A stretch of 64,000 nucleotides of DNA, from positions 447,696 through 511,695 of the forward strand of contig JAAOMT010000602.1 in the NCBI GenBank assembly GCA_016748015.1, written 5' to 3'. The notes under the pieces were generated by a model that worked only from the letters and a program-made list of their open reading frames with translations, searched no databases and was not told the DNA's origin. Origin of the DNA: Geosiphon pyriformis uo1. Its lineage: Eukaryota > Fungi > Glomeromycota. The translations under genes and the position numbers were made by a program. This document shows, piece after piece, positions 27,738 through 38,997 of the stretch (position 1 is the first letter of the stretch; the number at the start of each line of letters is the position of its first letter).

Positions 27738-29194
27738 CCAAAAACTATAAACACATCAAAATTTTCATCTATAATACAACTAGAAACACCATAGAAATAT
27801 CTAGTAAAACTATCATTAGATACTTAAGCATTGAAATTAAGGATCAACTACCAAATACTATTCCAGATTTTCCACAACTGTGCAGATATGTGAATATTAC
27901 ATTACAAACTATATACAGATGGGAAGAATGTTATTTGTTTTAATTAAAACAATTGGACCAAATAAACTTGGAAAACTTAGATCCATTTTAATATATGCAA
28001 CTCAAAATATTACTCAATAATTTCACCAATATTTTTGTAAATAAAAATAAGTTTGGCAGAAATAATATAATCCAGCATCAAATCAAAATAGGAAATACTA
28101 TACCAATTAAACAATAAACATACCAAATACTACCAGCCAGTTATAAAATTATTCAACAAAAAATCAACAAAATATTAAACAATGGGTTAATTTAATTATC
28201 AATAAGTTGATAATTATTACCAGTAGTACTAATCCAGAAGAAAAATGAAAAAATCCATTTTTGTGTAAATTACAAAAAACTCAATAGTATTACTTATAGA
28301 GATAGCTATCTGATTCCACAAATCCGAAAATTATTTAAGCTTTTGGAAAAAAAAAATAGTTCTCTACATTAAATTTAAATAATAGTTACTGGCAAGTAAC
28401 CATAAATCCAGCTAACAAAAAAAAACAGCATTCACCACATGAAAAAAAAAATTTGAATTTGATGTTATGCTATTTGAATTAATGAATATGCCAGCAACTT
28501 TTCAATAGCTTATAGAAATCGTTTATATTGAACTACTATAAAAATCAGTAGTAGTATACTTCAATAATACCAATGTGTTTTTTAAAACATTTGATAATCA
28601 TCTTTACTATCTTCAATAAGTGTTTGAAAAACTAAGAAGAGTTAAACTAAAGTTGAATGCTACAATATGTTTTTTTGAAAAAACTAAACTCAAGTTTTTG
28701 GAACATATCATGAGCAAAAATGGCATTAAAACAGATCCAAATAAAATTGAAATTGTCAAAAACTTTTCAGTACCAACAAATCTTACAGAATTAAGAGCAT
28801 TCTTGGAATTTGCTGAATATTATTACCACTTTATTCAGAACTTCTTCAAACTGACTCAACTACTTTACTAGCTTCAAGCAAAGAATGTGAAATATAAATG
28901 GACTAAAACTCAACAAAAAGCTTTTGACATCTTAAGAAAAAAGCTTATCTAAGCACCAGTACTGATCTATTCAAATTATAGCAAACCATTTATCATTACT
29001 ATTGATGTATTAAATTAAGCATTGAGAGCTGTACTGTCTCAAAAAAAACCAGATGGAAGAAAACACCTAGTAGTCTATGCCAGCTAAAGCTTAAATTCAG
29101 CTGAAAAAAACTATGAAACTTTAATACTAGAATATTTGGCTATTTATTAGGCTGTTATTAAATAGAAAAAATACTTGAGTCAAAAGTTTGATGT

Positions 29195-31073
29195 TGTTAC
29201 CAGTAAAATTTTAACTATTAATTAGCATGAAATTATTCTCATAATTTATATTATTAATTAGCATATACTATTATCATTTCAATTATTACTTATTATTTAA
29301 TCAAATTATCAAATATTATTACTCAATTAATAACCCAATTTGTACTATAGAAATTAAGATGATCAAATTACACAATATTCTGAACCATTTAATATAGTCA
29401 AAATTTGCCGAAATTGAGAAAAATTGGTCAAAATAATTAATAGTTTGTAAAAATAATTTGTAGTTTGCCGAAATATATCTTTAATTTACCAAAATTAAAG
29501 CAAAGAAAAAAGTACAAGTTCAAAGACTAGTACTACAACAAGTTGTATAAAAAAAGAGCTTTTTTTTTCAAGAAAATGTATTTTTTCATAGTATCTTATC
29601 ATAATATCTTACTTCAAATAAAAATTAAATATTTAAAAACCAAATCTTTTAAATTATTATACTTGAAATTCTCTTAACACAATTAACATTTTGAAATTGA
29701 TTAGCTACCAATTTCAGTAATCTGTTAGTAACTTCAAGACTGAATAGAAAACATTTCTCTTGTTAGAATTTTATTTCTTTTATATTTCTTTTTCTTTCAT
29801 TAGAGTAGTATTACCAGAAGCTTTTAGTCTCTTTTTTTGAATGTTGTTACTGTTTGTCTGTTGCTAATTTCACATTTTCTGAAAACAATTGAATCTCCAA
29901 TAACTGAATTTATCTTCAAATTATTTCTTATAATTTAAACTGCTAGGCTTATAAGTAGAATGGCCAATTCTGTGCCAGTTACTTTATGTAATTATGTTAT
30001 AGTAAACATTAACTCTTTTCCAGGAATTACTCATCTGAAAGCTCACTAAAAATGTGTAGTTACTTTGCTGTGAAAGTCAACTCTTCTACAGAAATCTCAT
30101 CTATAGGCTACTTTAATAATTATGATAAAAAAAATAAAAGAAAAATAAAAGAAATATAAAAGAAATAGAATTTTGTCAAGAGAAACGTTTTCTATCTAGG
30201 CCTGGAGTCACTAACAAATTACTGAAATTGGTAGCTAATTAATTTCAAAATGTTAGTTGTGTTAAGAGAATTTCAAGTATAATAATCAAAGGATTTGGTT
30301 TTCAAATATTTAATTTTTATTTGAATGTGTAGAAAATAATTTGTTCTAATTAAGATATCTAAAGTAAAATACTATGGTAAGATACTATGGGAAGATACAT
30401 TTTCTTGAAAAGAGAAGCTCTTTTTTTATACAACTTGTTGTAGTACTAGTCTTTGAACTTGCACTTTTCTCTTTGCTACAATTTTTGGTAAACTAAAAAT
30501 ACATTTTGGTGAACTACAAGTTATTTCACTGAACTATTGATTATTTCGGCCAATTTTCATTAATTTCGGCGAATTTTGACTATATTAAATGGTTCAGGGT
30601 ATTGTGTAATTTAATCATCTTAATTTCTATGGTACAAATCGGGTTATTGATTGAGTAATAAAATCTGATAATTTAATTAAATAATAAGTGATAATCGAAA
30701 TAGTAATAATATGTGCTATTTAATAATAGGAATTATGAGGGTAATTTTATGCTAATTAATAGCTAAAATTCTACTGGTAACAGTAGTCTACAGATGAGAT
30801 TCTTGTAGAAAAGTTGACTTTTATAACAAAGTAACTACACATTTTAGTGGGTTTCCAAATGAGCAATTCCTGAAAAAGAGTTGATATTTACTACACAAAG
30901 TAACTGGCATAGAATTGGCCATTTTACTTATAAGCCCAGCAGTTCAAATTATAGAAGATAATTTGAAGATAAATTCAGTTATTGGAAATTTAACTGCTTC
31001 CAGAAAACGTAAAATTAGCAACAGACAGATATTAACAACAGTCAAAAAAAGAAACCAAAAATCTCTGGTAATA
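29195..31073 (+). repeat. 5' LTR of element E, split by an inverted solo LTR
   Basis: 29195-29808 plus 30787-31073 is colinear with 49805-50777. Confidence 0.88.
29809..30782 (-). repeat. Solo LTR of the E family, inverted
   Basis: Reverse complement of 49805-50777; flanked by a perfect GTAG TSD (29805-29808 and 30783-30786). Confidence 0.9.
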
Positions 31074-31118
31074 TTTAGTGCTCTTCCACAGAAATAATAC
31101 AGCAATAACAACTTTAAA

Positions 31119-32482
31119 GTGGCAATCACATCAGACACAACAATTCTAGAATATTATCAGTCAATTTACATTCACTGCAAGCAAAGATTCAATATCCAAG
31201 ACAGAATTGAAATTTTCAAGAAATTATTATACCAATACATTGAAAACTGTATTAACAATAATCTTTTTAGAAATTACAATCTTTTAGAAGTTAGAAACAA
31301 CCTCTACAATAATTTATTACACTACTTACAATTAGAAACTGAAGACCTTAACAGTAAAACACTTGTTATCTACTTCCAAAAACTTAATTTTAACATTATT
31401 CAGTATTGTAAAAAAAAATATCCAGTACAATCCAAATATTCTGTTAACTTTGAATTAGAACCAAAAAACAGCAACAACAGAAAACAGAAAGAGAAAATTT
31501 GAGTTAGCCATACAACTTACAACACACCAAAAACAACTGTTAAACACTTACAAACACCTGAACAAAGAACCAGTGTCAAATTACCACTTTTTATTACACT
31601 ATTTCCAATTTTATTTGCTTAATCACAAACACCAAATTCACTACTTATCTATTTTCAAGACTAGAAATTTTTCAGTTATCTAAAAGTTTTATTTAACAGC
31701 AGAAATCAATAACAACCAGCACCAATCTTCTTAATTATTTACAGAAAAATGAAAGTAATTATTCAGAAAACTTGAAAAGTGAAAAAACTGAATCAGAACA
31801 AGAAGAAACCACAAAAAATAAAGAAAAAATAACAACTGCTTACATTGCAAAGATTTCAAAATTCACTAGAAAAGATAATGATACTGGCTTTCAAGAATGG
31901 CTTAACAAGATTCAGAAAACAGAAGATGCAAATAAATAGACAGCAGCAAGAATATTAAAAGCTATTTCATACTTTCTTTAAGAAACAGCAGAAAAATAGT
32001 TTGAAAACTTAAATAACCTTTTTGAAAACTGGCAAGTATTCAAAGATGCTTTTATATAACAATTTACTAACAACAACATCTCTATTACTTTCCAAAATTG
32101 CTTTCACAATATTAAACAAAAACCAAGTAAATTAGTTATGACTTACTTAAGAAAGTTCAACAAACTTCTCAGAAGAATTCACCAATTAGAAACTAATAAA
32201 TACTATTTGGATGTCTAAATCTTGAATCAATTCATTGCTGAATTAAAAGATAAATTCATAAAAAAAGTGTGTTTACATTCATTTAAAGATTTGGTTACTG
32301 TTATTCAACATGCAAAGAATTATAAAATGACTATAGAAGAAGCCAACTGCATAAAACTTGTAAATCTTGCTATTGGAAAAACCAGCTTAGCAGCTAAAAA
32401 AAAATTGACCAACTCACAAAAAAAGTTGAAAACTATTTTACCAATCAACAACAACAGCAATAATCACAAAAATATTAGCCAC
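31119..32482 (+). pseudogene. gag (5' part) of element E
   Basis: ORFs 31119-31502 and 32222-32503 (LNQFIAEL...), homologous to C and F gag. Confidence 0.8.
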
Positions 32483-33353
32483 TATTACAGTTTAAGAATT
32501 TAGCAAAAAGAATCATAAAAATAATACAAACTATTCAATCATAATATAGCACAGTAATAATCTTAGAAAGGTAATGATTAACATAGTAGCAAACACCATC
32601 TCGCGATAGTGGCAAGCACCAGTTCACAATAGCAGCCAACACTAACTGGTGATAGCAGCAAACATCAGGTTGAAATATCAAAAAGAAAGTATTTTCTCGT
32701 AGAACTACAAACATGTATATATACAGTAGTTTTAATATTGGGAAATAAAAAAAAAATCAAGTAATAAAAATAATAACTTATCAAGCAACAGATCCAATTT
32801 TATCCAACAAACCCCACTTTAAATCATACTTTCAAATTAAATATCCCAAGAAACCTTTAAAAATCAAAAAAAAATGAAAAAGAATATTTAAAACGGAACT
32901 ATCACAACCCAAAGTATTAAGAAACTTACTTGTATTATTTATTGAATGAAACTATTATTCATCAACTGAATCCCTTGGAAAAATAATCCTTAATCAAGAT
33001 TATTCATGTTGTTACTAATTGATAAAAGCTTTATTGTGAGAATTAGAAAAGCGCTAAAGACCATTAACATTCTGTGTTTCTAGATTAGAGAAACACATCA
33101 GGCAATTGCAAGGATAGCCTCAGAGAAGACCCCAGACAGTGGGTAGATTTCAGTTCAGCCTCTGAGAAGGAGTACATAAACACACACAACAATCAAGAAT
33201 TAAAGAATAACTTACATTGCAACAGTAAAAAGAAAGCCTTCAGTATAACAGTGACATTATTACACAAATAGAATTGAGGAACTCACGAAAGACTGATTGC
33301 AATTAAAGTGGGATATCAGCAATTAAATATAACAAGAAAACCATCCCATAACA
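32483..33353 (+). repeat. 5' LTR of element F
   Basis: TATTAC...ATAACA termini; matches 42482-43342. Confidence 0.92.
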
Positions 33354-33435
33354 TTTGGTGAACCCTATGAGGAAAGAAAATCAAAAAGGAAATAATAATT
33401 AGCAATAATTCATTGCTAAAAAGAAAAAGACAAAA

Positions 33436-36400
33436 GTGGTGACAAAAACCCCTAATCTTACTGTTCTTGAATTCTGCCGTGCTATTTACACACAAAATCA
33501 GAGTGATCTTGGATTACCAGAAGGGTGTTGTCCAGCNNNNNNNNNNNNNNNNNNNNTCCATAGGAAACACTAGGGAATGCGCCAACAAAACCAAAAAAAA
33601 TTTAGAAACTAATCAGGAAAGTAACCAGCAAAAACTAGGAACACCAGCTCAAACACCAAAGAAAACTGTCACTCAATCAATAAAGAAACAACGTATTTAT
33701 TCACCAGAAGATAAATCATACCATTTTTCACCAGAAAATAAGATACAAATTCCATTAGGAGCTGCATCATCATCAACATCAACTCCACAAACGCCAAAAA
33801 CTCCTAGTTATATTGATAAAATTAAACAACGTAACTGGGGAGACATACCAATTACAGGAGGATATTCATCACTATTCCAAAACCCTCTTTTTCAGCCAAA
33901 ATTTAGAACGGGGTTTGAAAACCGTGAAGAGAAGTCTGAATCGGAATCCGAAAAAGAGACCAGCGAAAAAACAATCACAAGACCAGTCACTGGAACAAGC
34001 AGCCAGTCCAGAAACCAAGAAACTCGTGATCAAGAGGAAGAACCGAATATAAGGGAAGCCACCTTTAGGAACACTCAAGGAAATATCATCCCACCTCCTC
34101 TTAGACCAATAAACCCACCAGCAGAAAATGGCAACGAAATGACCACACCATACATTGCAAGACTAACAGATTTCTCAGGAGAGGAAGAAGAAACGGACGT
34201 GCACACATGGCTCAGAGAAGCACAAAAAGCCATCCAGGCAAATAACTGGAATGACCAAAGAGCAATTCAAACATTACCTTTCTTCCTGAAAGACACAGCC
34301 GACTCGTGGTATCAAAGCCTGGAAACAAAACTCACGAGCTTCGCCGAATTTAAAAATGCACTCCTGGAGTATTTTAGTGACCCAAATGCCGTAATCCAAC
34401 TACAGAACAAATTCAATACTATCAAGCAAAATACCAGTGAAACTGTCACCCAATACCTTGCTCGATTTAATCGAATTCGCCGTCAGATTGAAGCGATTGA
34501 ACAAGGATACTACACTGATCCTCAGGTTTTAAATCAGTTTATTAGAGGATTAAAAAGCAGCATTTTAGGAAGAGTACGCCCTGCCCACCCTAATTCCTTA
34601 CCAGAAGCTGTTACGCTCGCCAGAGCCCTTGAATCGGCTGAGAAAGAAGCTAACCATAGTCAAATGGTTAACATGGTAATGGAGGAAAATAAGACAGAAA
34701 CATTAGAGAAAAGAGTAACACGATTAGGGGAGGAACTCTCTAAGAAAATAGAAAGTTACCTCATCCCAAATCTGAGAAAAAATACATACCAACCACCCCA
34801 AAGACGCAGCCAGGAAGTCAGCGACAGTCGAAATAATCGCTCGTCGCGCCAGGAATTCAGAATAGAAACACGCATCTGCCATTTTTGCAAACACGTAGGA
34901 CATTTGATTAGTCAATGTCAAACGCGAATAATGCAGGAAGCATGCGAAAATAATTACTACGCGCCACCCCAAATGCCCAGAAACCAGTACACGCCAATAC
35001 CATGCCAATATCCCACCACGTATCAAAATCAAGGAGCTTACCAGCAACAGCCCATGATAGCCAACCCGAATTGGCGTCCCGAAGCCCGAAATTAGCCCAT
35101 GTAGAACCAGAACGCGTTGGTCCAGAGGAATCCAAACCGCGCCAGAACCAATCAGCAAACCAATCCAAACTACCAAAATTATCAACAAACTTACCTTAAT
35201 ATACCAGAAAACCTGATCATCGGAAACAATGACGGTAGAAATATAAACAGAACCAAGAATTCTTCCAAATTGAGCCAGACAATACCACCAGCAGTTGCCA
35301 CCGAAGATAGCAGCCTCGCAGCTATTTTTCCTTTTGAATTAGAGGAAAACAAGGCTATGTTCAGTGGAGCAGCATTGGACGAAAAACGCCCAATCACTGC
35401 TATGTATACGGAAGCCACTGTAAACAATACCCCAATCAAACTTATCTTAGACAGCGGATCCGCTGGAAGCATCGTAACGCTTCAACTAGTAAACCAACTG
35501 GGTTTCAAAGTTGATCGTGCTGCGACGTCCCAAATCATAACAGCCGATGGAAGTACAAAGCTGCCTCATGGTGAAATCAACTCATTCCCTTTCGAAATTA
35601 ACGGCATAGTAATACCTACAAAAGTATTAGTAATGGACGCTACATAATATCAAGCATTAGTAGGGAATGACTGGCTAACAAAAGCCAACGCCACCCTAAA
35701 CTGGACCACCCAAGAGCTTCTGATCAATTATAATGGCCACCAGGCCAAAATTCCAGCCACCTGTGGCCACTTCCAAAAACCCAGCGCCAACCAAAGACCT
35801 ACCTTTGAATTTGAGGAAAATCCAGCATTACCAGCCATCGAAACCTATCAGTTCTCTTGGGCTGATGACCAAAGAACAGAACTACCAGCCATACCAACGT
35901 GGACCAGCGAAGAAAGATCCGAATGGAACCAGGTAAGTTCACGAAGAAACCACCAGCAACGCAGACCAAAGCTAGAATGCTTGGTTTACAAGAAGAAACT
36001 CTCGTCTATGACTGCGTGCAGCGCACCAGACGAAGACCCAAGAAACCCCACCCACTACTATTGTAACCATTGTAACAAAGAAAAATACGGTTACCCAGAA
36101 AGACACGGAAAATGGGACGAGGAACCGTGCCTCGCTTGTGGAGAACCATTACCAAGAGGGTGCGACTGAAACGACTTACCAGGCAGAGGAGGAACGTGTG
36201 ACGCAACTTGCCAATACACGATCTTCATCTGTGACTGGGTAAGAGGAGGAACGCCGTTCGAAGCAGCGTTCAACAGAGCATTAAAAAGACTACAGTACTA
36301 CCCACACGACGAGGACGAGTTGTACAACACCGCACAAGCCAAAGTAAGAGGAGGAACCACCGAAGAAATACGACGTTGGAAAGAGTCAGCCGAAGTAGCC

Positions 36401-38968
36401 GACGAAGTCGCCAGCTACAACATGTTCGACCCAGTGGACGAATTCCAGGACTACTACCAACAACTATGCCCCACTCGACAAGAGCAAGAACAATACCTTG
36501 CCCAAATCAACACTTACCTCTGCGAAAACTGTCTCATCCCGTGCCAAAATCAGTGCTGTGAAGAGTGTCAAGACGAAAGAGACTTAGAAAGAAAAATAGA
36601 AATTGAGAATCAGCAGTCTCAAAATCAATCAATAAATCAACAAGACTCACCTGACGGTCCCGAGTCAGAAAAATTTGTAGCCTATACTGACATAGAACAG
36701 GTGACCGACATCTGATACTTCGACAACGGGCACTTAAGAATAATACCCGAAAGAGCTCATTCAACTGACGCCGGATTCGATCTACGTTATCTGGAAGACC
36801 AATCCACAACGTTACCACCCAAGAGCATCACCAAAATCGACCTAAAAATAGCGGTTGAAATTCCGCCAGGAATAATGGTTCAAATGGTGTCGCAATCAAG
36901 TCTCGCGAAAAAAAGAATAAGCGTTCAAGGAGGAGTAATTGACTCTGGATACACTGGAAATTTGATGGTTTTGCTACAGAACAATTCAGAAAAGCCTTAT
37001 ACCATTGAATCTAAGGAAAAGATTGCACAAGCAATTTTCCTACCATTGGTAAAAATTGGGAAATTCGTGCCAGTGAAAAATCGTGAGGAATTGTCACAAA
37101 CAACAAGAGGAACTTTTGGTTTCGGATTAACAGGAAAAGGAATTGAAGTGAATTTCGCTGAAACAATAGAGGAAAAAGGCAAAGTAATTAAAAATGAGCA
37201 GTCCATCATGCTCCTACCATATGGAAAATCAGAAATAAGAATAAAAAGGACAATTAAAGAAAAAGACTTAATATTTGAGCCCTACTCAGAAACTTGCCAA
37301 CAGTTTCTCATAGGACTTACTAACCTTTTTATTCCAGCTGATAAAGCTCAATGGATAAAAATTCCTATCGCAAACACCACAGAAAAACCCATCTACATTC
37401 TGGAAGATACCATCATTGGATACCTCGGAACGGAGCTAGAAAACGCATCAACACCACAAGAAATTTTAAATTTCCCAGAAATTGCCTTCTACTGTGAACT
37501 CACTTCAATAAATTGGCAACAACCAGTAGAATGCTATCAATTTACGCCAGAAGAATTGGCCAAATTAAACATTGAAACAATAGATCCTGACCAACAGTGA
37601 CAATTAAAAGCATTAATTTTAAAATACTCTGATATATTTTCAAGAAATGGCGAATTTGGAAGAACCAACTTGGTTCAACACCAAATCCCCACTAGAGACG
37701 CCAGACCTGAAAAACAACGCGCTTACCATGTCTCACCAATGGAGCATAATTTTATCAGAGAAGAAGTCCAAAGCATGTTGGAAAAAGGAATAATACAACC
37801 ATCAATAAGCCCATGGTCCTCACCAGTTGTTTTAGTAAGGAAAAAAAACGGAAAAATTAGATTTTGCGTCAACTATCGCAAACTAAACAGCAAAACAACC
37901 AAAGATTCATACCCAATATCGTTAATTAACAAAATCTTCGACGTTTTTGGAGGAGCAAAATGGTTTTCTACACTGGACTTGACCAGTGGGTACTGGCAAG
38001 TGGAAATGGACCCAAAGGACAGGCATAAAACAGCATTTACAACACAAAATGGCAATTATGAGTTCAATGTAATGCCATTTGGATTAACAAACGCTCCCGC
38101 GACATTCCAAAGACTAATGGACGTAATTTACTTCGGAATCCTGTGGCAATCCGTTGTTGTCTACTTGGATGATACAAATGTTTTCTCGTCAAAATTCACA
38201 GATCATCTCCAACATTTACAACAAGTTTTTGAGAGATTGAGACACGCTGGACTTAAACTAAATCTAGAAAAATGTTTCTTTGGGAAAAATGAGCTAGCAT
38301 TTTTAGGACACGTAGTTGGAAAAGATGGAATAAAACCAGTTCCATCAAAAATAGACAAAGTAAAAAATTTTCCAGTACCTCGAAACGTTTCAGAAGTTAG
38401 AAGCTTTTTAGAACTTGCATCTTACTACCGCTGCTTTGTAGAAAACTTTTCAAACATCGCCAAACCCCTTAATTACCTACTATCTAAAAATATGAAGTTT
38501 GAATGGACTGAAGCACAACAAAAAGCTTTTGAGTACCTTAGACAAAAGCTCATTGAATCACCAATAATGATCTATTCGAATTTCAACAAGAAATTCATTT
38601 TGGCCACAGATGCCTCTGGAACTGGACTTGGAGCCATTCTGTCACAAAAAGATGATAATGGAAGAGAACGTGTAATCGCTTATGCCAGTAGAAGTCTCAG
38701 TACGGCAGAACAAAACTACGCAGCACATAAACTTGAATGCTTAGCAGTAGTCTGGAGTTGTGTTCACTTTGACACATATTTACAGTACCAACCCTTTGAG
38801 ATTACGACAGATCATAGAGGTCTGGTCTGGTTAAATAACAAGAAAGCACTAAAAGGAAAATATGCCAGATGGTCACAAACGTTAGCACCATACGATTATA
38901 TTATCAAATACAAAGAAGGTACCAAAAATGCTAATGCCGACTGTTTGTCAAGAATGAGACACACATAA
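33436..38968 (+). pseudogene. Single-frame gag-pol of element F (Gag, PR, Cys-rich domain, dUTPase, dUTPase-like domain, RT, RNase H), broken by nonsense transitions
   Basis: ORFs 33467, 35117, 35981, 36320, 36875 and 37670 are all in one frame. Motifs: CHFCKHVGHLISQC, LILDSGSAG, AHSTDAGFDL, GGVIDSGYTG, VVYLDD, TDAS, NADCLSR*. Confidence 0.93.
36720..37134 (+). other. Trimeric-type dUTPase domain within element F pol
   Basis: All five motifs in order: AGFDL, SQSSLAK, GVIDSGYTG, KIAQAI, RGTFGFGLTG. Confidence 0.93.
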
Positions 38969-38997
38969 AAATCACCAACCTATCCGCCACAACAACA

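Noticed and set aside
30915-31097. Small ORF repeated in E LTRs (also 50619-50804)
   Set aside because: It has a TTG start, runs across the LTR boundary, and recurs only because the LTR is duplicated.
33467-33556. N-terminus MNSAVLFTHK of the ORF-track gag
   Set aside because: This frame is an artefact of the arbitrary gap length; the homologous frame is VVTKTPNLTVLEFCRAIY from 33436.
35090-35105. TAG at the end of the 542-aa gag ORF as a programmed readthrough site
   Set aside because: There are two TAGs three codons apart in a Gln-rich stretch, best explained as CAG>TAG decay; a consensus is needed to be sure.
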